From assembly GCA_963766195.1 (NCBI GenBank), contig CAVXYY010000018.1, forward strand, positions 81,753 to 145,752: DNA of 64,000 bases, read 5' to 3'. This stretch comes from an uncultured Gammaproteobacteria bacterium (GTDB lineage Bacteria; Pseudomonadota; Gammaproteobacteria; Xanthomonadales; SZUA-36). Positions 28,150-36,872 of the stretch are shown here, in pieces. The notes beneath the pieces are model-generated. The model was not told the DNA's origin. It saw only the letters and a program-made list of their open reading frames with translations, and did no database searches. Position numbers and translations under genes: made by a program. Every line of letters starts with the position of its first letter. The first letter of the stretch is position 1.

Positions 28150-29268
28150 ATGATCAAGGTAAAGGCCGCTGTCTCAACAGCCCTATTGATGACCATGAGT
28201 TCGTCTGCGTTTGCTGCAGCCAAGGTTGCCGTAGCGCACTTTGCGCCGTTCGCCGATACTGTCGACGGAACGGCTGTAAACATTTCAGTAAACGGAACCC
28301 CGGTCGATGCATTGCAGGGAGTCAAGTTCAAGGACTTTACCGGTTATATCGATTTTGACGCCGGCACTTACACGATCGACGTGATCCCGGTGGGAGCAAC
28401 CGATCCGGCGATTACAGGTGAGTTCACCCTTACCGATGGAACCAGCTACACGGTTTATGCAGCAGGTGACGGCGTGAAGCAGGACCTGGAGTTGCGCGCG
28501 CTGGTTGATGACACAACCACGCCGGCAGCCGGGAACCTGAACATCCGGGTAGTCCACGCCGCGCCATTCGCAGCCGACCTGGCAGCCACCGAGGTTTCCA
28601 TCCGCACTGCTGACGGGATGCTGGTTAACAACCTGACAGGCGTGCCTTACAACGTCGACAGCGGCTTTTTCGAAATACCTGCCGGCACTTACGACCTCAA
28701 GGTCGCTTCCAATGATGGTTCAGTGAACTACATTGATCCCCTTCCGGCTGCTTTGCCGGCCGGCGCCAATGTAACCGTGTATGCGGTCGGTGATGGCATG
28801 AACCAGCCCCTCGGTATTATTGCTTTCCCGGTCGGAGAACTGGCAACGCGCACTCCGGTTGACAACTCGACCAATGGAACCTGGGAAATCATCGAAGGGT
28901 CCGGCACCGGTTTTATCTTCCAGCCGATCCCTGCGCAGAATCGCGCCACGGGTACCTGGTACACCTATGATGCAGACGGAAACCCGCTGTTCCTCTCATT
29001 TGACAGCTGCCTGGAGCAGGTCAATGAAATGGGCGACTTCGAATGTTCCACCCCAGGCGCCTTTGATGGAGAAATGGCTACCACTTCACTGTACCTGAGC
29101 ACCGGTGGCGGCCCGTCTGAAGACGATGTGGTTGAAACTGTTAAAATTGGTGAGATTGACTTCGAGTTCTCGGGCTGCCTTGATGCCATGGCCACCGTGC
29201 GACTGGACGGTGAACCGGCCGCGATGTACACGGCTGCGAATCTGACCGCGGCATTCTGCAACGACTAG
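28150..29268 (+). CDS. Exported DUF4397-repeat protein with a Cys-containing C-terminal domain of unknown function
   Basis: Signal peptide (ALLMTMSSSAFAA). Two DUF4397-like repeats (VAHFAPFADT...YTVYAAGDG; VVHAAPFAADL...VTVYAVGDG). The C-terminal segment carries NGTWEIIEGSGTGFIF...GTWYTYDADGNPLFL. AGGAG RBS. Confidence 0.75.
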   Translation: MIKVKAAVSTALLMTMSSSAFAAAKVAVAHFAPFADTVDGTAVNISVNGTPVDALQGVKFKDFTGYIDFDAGTYTIDVIPVGATDPAITGEFTLTDGTSYTVYAAGDGVKQDLELRALVDDTTTPAAGNLNIRVVHAAPFAADLAATEVSIRTADGMLVNNLTGVPYNVDSGFFEIPAGTYDLKVASNDGSVNYIDPLPAALPAGANVTVYAVGDGMNQPLGIIAFPVGELATRTPVDNSTNGTWEIIEGSGTGFIFQPIPAQNRATGTWYTYDADGNPLFLSFDSCLEQVNEMGDFECSTPGAFDGEMATTSLYLSTGGGPSEDDVVETVKIGEIDFEFSGCLDAMATVRLDGEPAAMYTAANLTAAFCND

Positions 29269-29299
29269 TCATACCTCTTTACCAAAACAGGACTTACTG

Positions 29300-30382
29300 A
29301 TGAGCACAGCCGCTATCAAAGCATCAAGTACCGTCCTTGACTGGACAGAACGCGGCCTGGTGCCGGACAGCGTATTACGCGCCGGCATCAGGCGGCTCTG
29401 CCGTCAACGACTGAAGGACATCAGGGCGGGAGATATCGAAACCTCCGGCCATATGACGGAAGCCTTTATCGATTACATGAACGGGTCGGAGATTGCCCTC
29501 GTACCCGAACTTGCCAATGAACAGCACTACGAACTTCCGCCGGAGTTTTTCAGCACCGTGCTGGGCCATCACGCCAAGTACAGCTGTTGTTACTGGGGCG
29601 ACGGGGTCCGGACACTGGATCACGCCGAGGCCGCCGCACTGGAGATCAGTTGTCAGCGGGCAGACATCCGGAACGGCATGGATGTGCTGGATCTCGGCTG
29701 CGGCTGGGGTTCTTTAAGCCTCTGGATTGCCGCGCATTTTCCGGCATGCAAGGTCACCTCGGTCTCAAATTCAAAACCGCAGGGTGAATACATCCGGAAA
29801 CTGGCCCGGGAACGCGGTCTGTCCAATATTGAAGTGCTGACCGCCGACATGAACAACTTCCAGGCACCCGGGCAGTATGACCGCATCGTGTCCGTTGAAA
29901 TGTTCGAGCACATGAGGAATTACCGCGAGTTGTTTGCTCGCCTCAGCCAGTGGCTCAAGCCGGATGGAAAATTCTTCATGCACATTTTCTGTCACCGGAA
30001 CACGCCCTACGAATTTCTGGATGAGGGGCCGTCCGACTGGATGGGCCGTCATTTCTTTTCCGGTGGAATCATGCCCAGCGATGATCTGCCGCTGCGCTTC
30101 CAGGAACGGCTGCACCTTTTGAGGCGCGACCGCTGGAGCGGAAATCATTACGAAAAAACCGCAAATGCCTGGTTGGCCAACATGGACAGCAGGAAAGACC
30201 GCATCATGCCGATGTTTGCCGAGACATACGGGGAGGCGGACGCCGAGCGCTGGTTCCAGCGCTGGCGCATTTTCTTCATGGCCTGTGCGGAGCTGTTTGC
30301 CTTTAACAATGGTGAAGAGTGGTTTGTCTCACACTACCTGTTCGGTCTGCCGAGTCACACAGGTGAAGGAGCGCAGCCGTGA
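29300..30382 (+). CDS. SAM-dependent methyltransferase of the cyclopropane-fatty-acyl-phospholipid-synthase family
   Basis: HYELPPEFF, the SAM motif VLDLGCGWGSLSLWIA and VSVEMFEHM. Length 360 aa. Confidence 0.85.
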   Translation: MSTAAIKASSTVLDWTERGLVPDSVLRAGIRRLCRQRLKDIRAGDIETSGHMTEAFIDYMNGSEIALVPELANEQHYELPPEFFSTVLGHHAKYSCCYWGDGVRTLDHAEAAALEISCQRADIRNGMDVLDLGCGWGSLSLWIAAHFPACKVTSVSNSKPQGEYIRKLARERGLSNIEVLTADMNNFQAPGQYDRIVSVEMFEHMRNYRELFARLSQWLKPDGKFFMHIFCHRNTPYEFLDEGPSDWMGRHFFSGGIMPSDDLPLRFQERLHLLRRDRWSGNHYEKTANAWLANMDSRKDRIMPMFAETYGEADAERWFQRWRIFFMACAELFAFNNGEEWFVSHYLFGLPSHTGEGAQP

Positions 30383-30990
30383 TCAGGGTGGTGGTCAACC
30401 TGGCGGCGTCTGAAGCCGGTTGGCTTGCCTGCGTTTCCGGGGCAGCCAACGGCATGCCCTGGGCCGGTCCGCTGGTCGTGCTGGCATTTGTAGCGACTCA
30501 TCTGTGGTTGTCGAAACGGCCGGGCCCTGAATTAACACTGGTCATTCTGGCGGTATTGATCGGCCTGGTTGCAGACAGCGCTTTGGTTGTTACAGGTCTT
30601 GTCAGTTATCCCTCCGGAACCTGGATCGAAGGATTTGCGCCGTACTGGATTCTTGCCATGTGGGCGATGTTTGCAACCACTCTGAACGTCTCGATGAGAT
30701 GGTTGCGCAACCGTAATGCCCTGGCCGCTGCGCTGGGGGCGGTCTTCGGACCGCTGGCTTACCTCGCGGGCCAGGAGTTTGGCGCGATCACGTTCAACCG
30801 GACGGCTATGGCGATCGCTGCGCTTGCCGTCATCTGGGCTGTGGCGATGCCGCTTCTCGTGGTGCTGGCCCGCCGGCTGGATGGCGTCAGTGAAAAGAGG
30901 CCTCCGGACTTTATCCTGCGTGACTGGAGGACATCACGGGCGCCGCAGGCGACTCGCCGGCCCCGGTTGGGGGAGTCTGGCAATGCCTGA
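30379..30990 (+). CDS. DUF2878-type membrane protein
   Basis: Five hydrophobic helices. The GTG start overlaps the preceding stop. The family name is recalled from its frequent position next to cfa-like genes and was not verified. Confidence 0.65.
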   Translation: MIRVVVNLAASEAGWLACVSGAANGMPWAGPLVVLAFVATHLWLSKRPGPELTLVILAVLIGLVADSALVVTGLVSYPSGTWIEGFAPYWILAMWAMFATTLNVSMRWLRNRNALAAALGAVFGPLAYLAGQEFGAITFNRTAMAIAALAVIWAVAMPLLVVLARRLDGVSEKRPPDFILRDWRTSRAPQATRRPRLGESGNA

Positions 30991-31795
30991 GTTGAGCGCC
31001 TGGTTCTGGTCATTGCTCGCTGTGCTGATGGTGTCAGTAGTGGCGTGGCTGGTCAGTGTTGTCCGCCGTGATGTGAGCATCGTCGATAGCTTGTGGTCCC
31101 TGATGATCCTGCTGTGCGCGCTGGTCTACGTGGTTCTGGCCGAGGACACCGGCCCGCGGACCGTGATGTTAATCGCCCTGCTGTCAGCGTGGGCAATACG
31201 GCTTTCGCTCCACATTACCCTGCGTAACCACGGCCAGCCCGAAGACCGGCGATACGCGGAAATTCGCCGCAACAACCAACCGTACTTCGAATGGAAAAGC
31301 CTGTATATCGTATTCCTTTTCCAGGGTTTTTTGGCCTGGGTGATCTGTCTGCCCGTCGTCGCGGCTGTCGGCGGCCAGACACCACCCGGGCCGCTTGATT
31401 ATGCCGGGATCGCGCTGTGGATGGCCGGCATGTTTTTTGAAGTCACGGGTGACTACCAACTGGCCCGTTTCCGCCGCAGTGAGCGGACCTCCGACGAGGT
31501 GCTGGATACCGGCCTGTGGCGCTACACGCGGCATCCGAACTACTTCGGCGAGGCCGTAATCTGGTGGGGTTTTTACCTGCTGGCGCTTTCGGCTGGAGCG
31601 TGGTGGACCATTTTTGCCCCGTTACTGATGACCTTCCTGTTGTTGAAGGTATCAGGTGTTGCCATGCTGGAAAAAGATATCGCAGGGCGCCGGCCTGCAT
31701 ACCGCGACTATATCAGGCGAACCAATGCCTTCTTTCCGGGCCGGCCGAAATATGAAGCGCACCAGCCCGGTTCACAACACACTGGCGGAGGTTAG
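30983..31795 (+). CDS. DUF1295 / steroid-5-alpha-reductase-like membrane protein
   Basis: The ATG at 30983 overlaps the upstream gene by 8 nt. Contains GLWRYTRHPNYFGEAVIWWGFYLLA near the C-terminus. The tracked ORF start at 30716 is an out-of-context extension. Confidence 0.8.
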   Translation: MPELSAWFWSLLAVLMVSVVAWLVSVVRRDVSIVDSLWSLMILLCALVYVVLAEDTGPRTVMLIALLSAWAIRLSLHITLRNHGQPEDRRYAEIRRNNQPYFEWKSLYIVFLFQGFLAWVICLPVVAAVGGQTPPGPLDYAGIALWMAGMFFEVTGDYQLARFRRSERTSDEVLDTGLWRYTRHPNYFGEAVIWWGFYLLALSAGAWWTIFAPLLMTFLLLKVSGVAMLEKDIAGRRPAYRDYIRRTNAFFPGRPKYEAHQPGSQHTGGG

Positions 31796-31799
31796 CAGG

Positions 31800-32495
31800 A
31801 TGGAATACAGAAGAAACAAGCTGATTGAAGTGCTGGTCGCCTCCGGCCTGTCGATCGTTATGCTACTCGCAGCCGGGCCATCGTTCGCAGAACCGGCCCC
31901 TGGCGACGACGGAGCCATGGGAAGCGCGTGGAAATTCCGGGTGTACCTGGATGACAAGGAAATCGGCTACCACCACTTTTACCTCGCAGAATCGGGAAAT
32001 ACCCGGCAACTCAAGAGCGTCGCCAACTTTGAATACAACCTGATGTTTGTCCGCCTGTTTCATTATGAGCATGAGAACAACGAGATCTGGAATGGCGATT
32101 GCCTTCAGAGCATCGATTCACAAACCGATTCCAATGGCAAGCCGTTCCGGGTTAACGGCCGCCGCGCTGCCGGTGAATTCCGGGTTTCGGCCAATGGCGG
32201 TGAGGAATCGCTGCCGGAGTGTGTCATGACGTTTGCTTACTGGAATCCCGCGTTTCTCGAGCAGTCATCTTTGCTCAACTCCCAGGACGGTGAATTCCTC
32301 GAGGTCGAGGTTTCCGAGCCTGTTTTCGAACAACTGGAAGTCGAAGGTGCACAACTTCCGTCCTATCGCTATCATCTGGCCGCCGGCGCACTTAAACTCG
32401 ATCTGTGGTACTCCACGGACAGCAATTGGCTGGCCCTTGAAAGCGAAGTGCGGGGTGGCCGCATGCTTCGATACGTGAGGTATGATGATGCTTAG
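31800..32495 (+). CDS. Exported beta-rich protein of unknown function
   Basis: ATG at 31800 after GGAGG. Signal peptide (LVASGLSIVMLLAAGPSFAEP). I cannot confidently name a family. Confidence 0.6.
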   Translation: MEYRRNKLIEVLVASGLSIVMLLAAGPSFAEPAPGDDGAMGSAWKFRVYLDDKEIGYHHFYLAESGNTRQLKSVANFEYNLMFVRLFHYEHENNEIWNGDCLQSIDSQTDSNGKPFRVNGRRAAGEFRVSANGGEESLPECVMTFAYWNPAFLEQSSLLNSQDGEFLEVEVSEPVFEQLEVEGAQLPSYRYHLAAGALKLDLWYSTDSNWLALESEVRGGRMLRYVRYDDA

Positions 32496-33012
32496 AAAAT
32501 CACTGTTGAGCCTGTCCGGAGCAGTCCTGCTGTCAGGCTGCCAGGCCAGTCTGCCCGCACTCGAAACCGTCGATTACGTGGATCTCGAGCGCTTCATGGG
32601 GGACTGGTACGTGATTGCGAATATCCCGACCTTCGTCGAGAAAGGGGCGCATAACGCGGTGGAATCCTATCGCCTGGATGAAGACGGCACCATTGCCACG
32701 ACGTTTACTTTTCGGAAGGATGCTTTCGACGGGCCGGAGAAACAGTACCATCCGCGGGGCTTCGTGCGAGACACCCAAAGCAACGCCGAATGGGGTATGC
32801 AATTTATCTGGCCGTTCAAGGGCGACTACCGGATCATTTACCTGGCGGACGACTACTCTGCCACCATCATCGGGCGAACGAAGCGGGATTACGTGTGGTT
32901 GATGGCCCGCTCACCCGAGATGAGCGCTGACGCCTACCGCGAGGCGGTGCAATTTATCGAACGCGCCGGATACGATACGGCTGATTTGCAACGTGTTCCG
33001 CAGAAGTGGTGA
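32482..33012 (+). CDS. blc: Bacterial lipocalin (outer-membrane lipoprotein Blc-like)
   Basis: Lipobox LLSGC, then the lipocalin signature LERFMGDWYVIANIP and YRIIYLADDYSATIIG...YVWLMARSP. Confidence 0.85.
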   Translation: MMMLRKSLLSLSGAVLLSGCQASLPALETVDYVDLERFMGDWYVIANIPTFVEKGAHNAVESYRLDEDGTIATTFTFRKDAFDGPEKQYHPRGFVRDTQSNAEWGMQFIWPFKGDYRIIYLADDYSATIIGRTKRDYVWLMARSPEMSADAYREAVQFIERAGYDTADLQRVPQKW

Positions 33013-33016
33013 CGCC

Positions 33017-34321
33017 TTGAAAATTGCAATCATCGGCACCGGGATTGCCGGAAACGTAGCCGCTTACCGCCTGGCGCAACAACATGACATCACGGTTTTC
33101 GAAGCCGATAGCCGTATCGGCGGCCACACCAACACGGTTGATGTCGTTGCCGCCGGCCAACGGTGGGCCGTGGACACCGGGTTCATCGTATTCAATAACG
33201 TCACTTACCCGAACTTCATTTCCCTGCTCGATGAACTGGGGGTTGATTCCCAGGACAGTGACATGAGTTTCAGTGTCCGCAATGAGCGCAATGGCCTGGA
33301 ATACAATGGAGCCTCGCTCAACGCCCTGTTCGCCCAGCGCACAAACCTGCTGAAGCCCTCCTTTTACCGGATGTTGGCGGATATCCTGCGCTTTAACCGG
33401 GAAGCGCCGGCGCTGCTTGACCAGCCGGGCAACCCGGTAACCCTGGGTGAATACCTGGATTCAAACGGTTACTCAAAAGGTTTTATTGACCACTATATCG
33501 TTCCCATGGGCGCGGCGATCTGGTCTGCTACCCCGGGTGGAATGCGGGCTGTTCCGGCGACGTTCTTCATCCGCTTTTTCCACAACCACGGTTTGCTGTC
33601 GGTTAATCAGCGTCCCGTATGGCGGGTGGTCAGGGGCGGCTCGCGGAGCTACGTGGAAAAACTGGTGGCCGGACACCGGGACCGGATTCGCCTCGATACA
33701 CCGGTAGAATGGATTCGCCGGCATCCCGGGTATGTTGAAGTCAAGGCCAGGGGTGCGGCGGTGGAGAAGTTTGACCGTATTTTCCTGGCTTGCCACAGCG
33801 ACCAGGCTCTGGAACTCCTCGCTGACCCGACTCCCGAGGAACGCGCCGTTCTGGGCGCTATCCGCTACCAGCAAAACGAGGCGGTCCTTCACACCGACCA
33901 GTCACTGATGCCAAAGCGGCGCCTGGCATGGGCGGCCTGGAATTACCATATTCCGCAAGGCGCCTCGGATCCGGAAGGCAAGGCCGCTCTGACCTACAAC
34001 ATGAATATCCTGCAAAGCCTTGCCGCGCCGGTGCAGTTTTGCGTCACGTTGAATTACACGGCGGCAATCGATCCGGGCAAGATCATCCAGACCTTCAACT
34101 ATACGCACCCGGTTTTCACCGAAAAAGCGGTTGCTGCCCAGCAACGTCACCGCGAAATCAACGGTGCGCGCCGGACCTATTTCTGTGGCGCCTACTGGCG
34201 CTATGGTTTTCATGAAGACGGCGTGGTCAGTGCGATTGCCGCACTGGATCATTTCAACGCAGACGGGGCCGGTTCTGAGAGTCTATATCATGAAGAGCGC
34301 GATTTACGCCGGGCGGGTTAG
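33017..34321 (+). CDS. FAD-dependent oxidoreductase (amine-oxidase / phytoene-desaturase-like)
   Basis: Dinucleotide fold KIAIIGTGIAGNVAAYRL...VFEA..RIGGHT. The start is taken at TTG 33017, 5 nt after the blc stop. GTG at 32993 is an alternative. Confidence 0.85.
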   Translation: MKIAIIGTGIAGNVAAYRLAQQHDITVFEADSRIGGHTNTVDVVAAGQRWAVDTGFIVFNNVTYPNFISLLDELGVDSQDSDMSFSVRNERNGLEYNGASLNALFAQRTNLLKPSFYRMLADILRFNREAPALLDQPGNPVTLGEYLDSNGYSKGFIDHYIVPMGAAIWSATPGGMRAVPATFFIRFFHNHGLLSVNQRPVWRVVRGGSRSYVEKLVAGHRDRIRLDTPVEWIRRHPGYVEVKARGAAVEKFDRIFLACHSDQALELLADPTPEERAVLGAIRYQQNEAVLHTDQSLMPKRRLAWAAWNYHIPQGASDPEGKAALTYNMNILQSLAAPVQFCVTLNYTAAIDPGKIIQTFNYTHPVFTEKAVAAQQRHREINGARRTYFCGAYWRYGFHEDGVVSAIAALDHFNADGAGSESLYHEERDLRRAG

Positions 34322-35066
34322 GCACCGGCGCATCAAGCCGGTCGCGCATGAGTTCAGCTACCGGATGTTCATGATGTATCTCGATCTGGCCGAGCTTCCG
34401 GAAGTTTTCCAGGGACGCTGGCTCTGGTCCTCTCGCAGGCCGGCACTGGCCCGGTTCCGTCGCGAAGACCACCTCGGTGATCCTGCCGTGCCACTTGCAG
34501 ACGCTGTCCGGGATCTTGTCCGCGTTAAAACAGGGCAACGCCCTTCCGGGCCGATCCGGTTACTGACCCAGTTGAGCTATTTTGGGTACGTTTTTAATCC
34601 GGTGAGCTTTTATTATTGTTATAACGCGGACGACACCGAATTGGAGACCATCGTGGCCGAGGTGAATAACACCCCCTGGGGTGAAAGGCACTGCTACGTG
34701 CTGTCACCGGACATGAATCAGGGTGTCGCCGGCCACAAGCGCTATTTTCCGCCGAAAGAGATGCACGTGTCGCCATTCATGCCAATGGACATCGACTATG
34801 ACTGGCGTTTCAATACACCCAATGAAGAATTAACGGCGCACATGGAGAATGCTCGCGAGGGGTGCAAGATATTTGACGCTACGATCGTGCTGCAGCGGGA
34901 GGAAATCAGTGGCCGCTCCCTGGCGCGCGTGCTATTTACTTTTCCCTTGATGACCGTAAAAATAATCCTGGCCATCCATTGGCAGGCTCTGAAGCTCTGG
35001 GGCAAGGGCGTCCCGGTGCATGATCATCCCGCTAAAGGCAAACCCGGACTGGAGAGTGCAGGATGA
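34290..35066 (+). CDS. DUF1365-family protein
   Basis: The ATG at 34290 gives MKSAIYAGRVRHRRIKPVAHEFSYRMFMMYLDLAEL, the typical DUF1365 N-terminus. It overlaps the oxidoreductase gene by 32 nt. Confidence 0.8.
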   Translation: MKSAIYAGRVRHRRIKPVAHEFSYRMFMMYLDLAELPEVFQGRWLWSSRRPALARFRREDHLGDPAVPLADAVRDLVRVKTGQRPSGPIRLLTQLSYFGYVFNPVSFYYCYNADDTELETIVAEVNNTPWGERHCYVLSPDMNQGVAGHKRYFPPKEMHVSPFMPMDIDYDWRFNTPNEELTAHMENAREGCKIFDATIVLQREEISGRSLARVLFTFPLMTVKIILAIHWQALKLWGKGVPVHDHPAKGKPGLESAG

Positions 35067-36325
35067 AGTCTGTTTCGCTTTCGTCGCCACGCCACCTTGC
35101 AGGCACCGTCAAGCCGACCATGCTGGATAACCTGGCCCGCCGTTCGGTGCGGCGGCAGCTTGAAAAACTGGACACCGGCTCACTCAGCCTGGTCGATGGG
35201 GCGCAGGAGCTTCGATTCGGGCCGGCCAACCCTTCCGGGGTCAGCGCGCACCTTCGGGTAAAAGATCCGAGGTTCTACAGCGAAATCGCATTCGGCGGGT
35301 CAATCGGTGGCGGTGAAGCCTACATGCACGGCTACTGGGACTGCGACGACCTGGTGTCCGTAGTCCGCCTGCTGTTACAAAACCGGCATGTGCTGGATGG
35401 CATGGAAAAAGGCATTGCTCGTGTGACCGAACCGCTGCAAAAACTGTTTCACTGGGTCAATCGAAATACGCACGAGGGAGCGCGCCGGAATATCTCTGCG
35501 CACTACGACCTGGGTAATGAATTCTTCGCCTTGTGGCTGGACGAAACAATGATGTATTCGGCAGCCATTTTCGAAAATCAGCAAACCAGTCTGCACGATG
35601 CTCAAATCGCGCGCATGAAGCATATCTGTGAGCGTTTACAGCTCAAGCCCGATGAGCACCTCGTGGAAATTGGCACGGGCTGGGGAAGTTTTGCCCTCTA
35701 TGCGGCGCAAAACTACGGTTGCCGGGTCACCACCACGACCATTTCGCGCGAACAGTACGAGAAAGCCAAAGAGCGGGTCGCGCAAGCCGGCCTGGAAGAC
35801 CGCATTTCTGTGCTGTTCGAGGATTTCCGGAATCTCGAAGGTCAATACGACAAGCTGGTTTCGATAGAAATGATCGAGGCAATCGATCATGCCTTGTTTG
35901 ATACGTATTTCAGCAAGTGCAGCCAATTGTTAAAAGCGGATGGCGTCATGCTGATCCAGGCGATCACCATCGCGGACCAGCGTTACGAGGAATATCGCAG
36001 ATCGATCGACTTCATCCAGCGCTACATATTCCCCGGCAGCGGGCTGCCGTCATCGGCCGTTATGACCGATTGCGTCGCCCGCATGACCGACATGCGCCTG
36101 CTGGGCATCGAAGACATTGGTCTGCACTACGCCACGACGCTGAACCACTGGCGCAAAAACTTTTTCGCGCAGATCGACGAGGTCAGGCAGCAGGGCTTTT
36201 CGGAAGCGTTTATCCGGATGTGGGAATACTATCTTTGCTATTGTGAAGGTGCTTTTCTGGAGCGCGCAATTTCCGATGTGCAGATCCTGTTCGCCAAGCC
36301 CGAAAGCCGGTTGAAAACCCTTTAG
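35063..36325 (+). CDS. cfa: Cyclopropane-fatty-acyl-phospholipid synthase
   Basis: HYDLGNEFFALWLD.TMMYSAAIF, the SAM motif LVEIGTGWGSFALYAA, and SIEMIEAI...YFSKC. Length 420 aa with an ATGA overlap upstream. Confidence 0.9.
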   Translation: MKSVSLSSPRHLAGTVKPTMLDNLARRSVRRQLEKLDTGSLSLVDGAQELRFGPANPSGVSAHLRVKDPRFYSEIAFGGSIGGGEAYMHGYWDCDDLVSVVRLLLQNRHVLDGMEKGIARVTEPLQKLFHWVNRNTHEGARRNISAHYDLGNEFFALWLDETMMYSAAIFENQQTSLHDAQIARMKHICERLQLKPDEHLVEIGTGWGSFALYAAQNYGCRVTTTTISREQYEKAKERVAQAGLEDRISVLFEDFRNLEGQYDKLVSIEMIEAIDHALFDTYFSKCSQLLKADGVMLIQAITIADQRYEEYRRSIDFIQRYIFPGSGLPSSAVMTDCVARMTDMRLLGIEDIGLHYATTLNHWRKNFFAQIDEVRQQGFSEAFIRMWEYYLCYCEGAFLERAISDVQILFAKPESRLKTL

Positions 36326-36335
36326 GAGAAGGCCC

Positions 36336-36842
36336 TTGAGTTCCCGCATGGTCGTCGTGAAGGACCGGATGCAATCCGGTTACCATTACCTGTGCACGGA
36401 ACCCGAGGGTCGGAACTTCCACCCGGAATTCAAACCGGAGCTGACCCCGGCGCAAATGCTCGAGATGGGCGTTTTCGGTGGAAAATACCTGACCGACTGC
36501 CAGCAGGAGTTTCCCGCTGAGTGGTTTCAGAAGGCCAAGCTGAGCCCGGAGAAAGCAAACCACCGCCTCAATTTCTTCGGGGTCCATGCCTCCAAGCCCC
36601 TGGCTTACTGGATCGAAAAAGGCTGGATCTGGCCGGAAGATCCGCGGGGCTGGTTTCAGTGGTACTGCCGTTATTACATGGGCCGCCGTTGTGACGACGA
36701 TGCCCGGCAGATCGGGCGCTGGAAAGCCATGACAAGGCACATTGCACAGCTTCGCAAGAACTGCATCAAGGGTGATTTGCTGTGCCGGCCCAGGCAACGC
36801 CAGGCCCTGCTCCACTGGGCCTACGATTCGCGCAAGTTTTGA
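36336..36842 (+). CDS. Trp/Cys-rich conserved hypothetical protein
   Basis: 168 aa (GVFGGKYLTDCQQEFPAEWF...DPRGWFQWYCRYYMGRR). TTG start 7 nt after AGGAG. Its codon usage resembles its neighbours, but I did not recognise a family. Confidence 0.6.
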   Translation: MSSRMVVVKDRMQSGYHYLCTEPEGRNFHPEFKPELTPAQMLEMGVFGGKYLTDCQQEFPAEWFQKAKLSPEKANHRLNFFGVHASKPLAYWIEKGWIWPEDPRGWFQWYCRYYMGRRCDDDARQIGRWKAMTRHIAQLRKNCIKGDLLCRPRQRQALLHWAYDSRKF

Positions 36843-36872
36843 TCAGCGCAACAAACTACCTGAGGTAAAAAA

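Noticed and set aside
28053-28358. 101-aa ORF spanning the leader and 5' end of the DUF4397 gene
   Set aside because: It is out of frame with the RBS-preceded, signal-peptide-encoding gene at 28150 and has no supporting features.
30716-30982. Upstream 89 codons of the tracked ORF 30716-31795
   Set aside because: This part overlaps the DUF2878 gene in another frame and is Arg/Trp-rich nonsense. The DUF1295 protein starts convincingly at the ATG at 30983.
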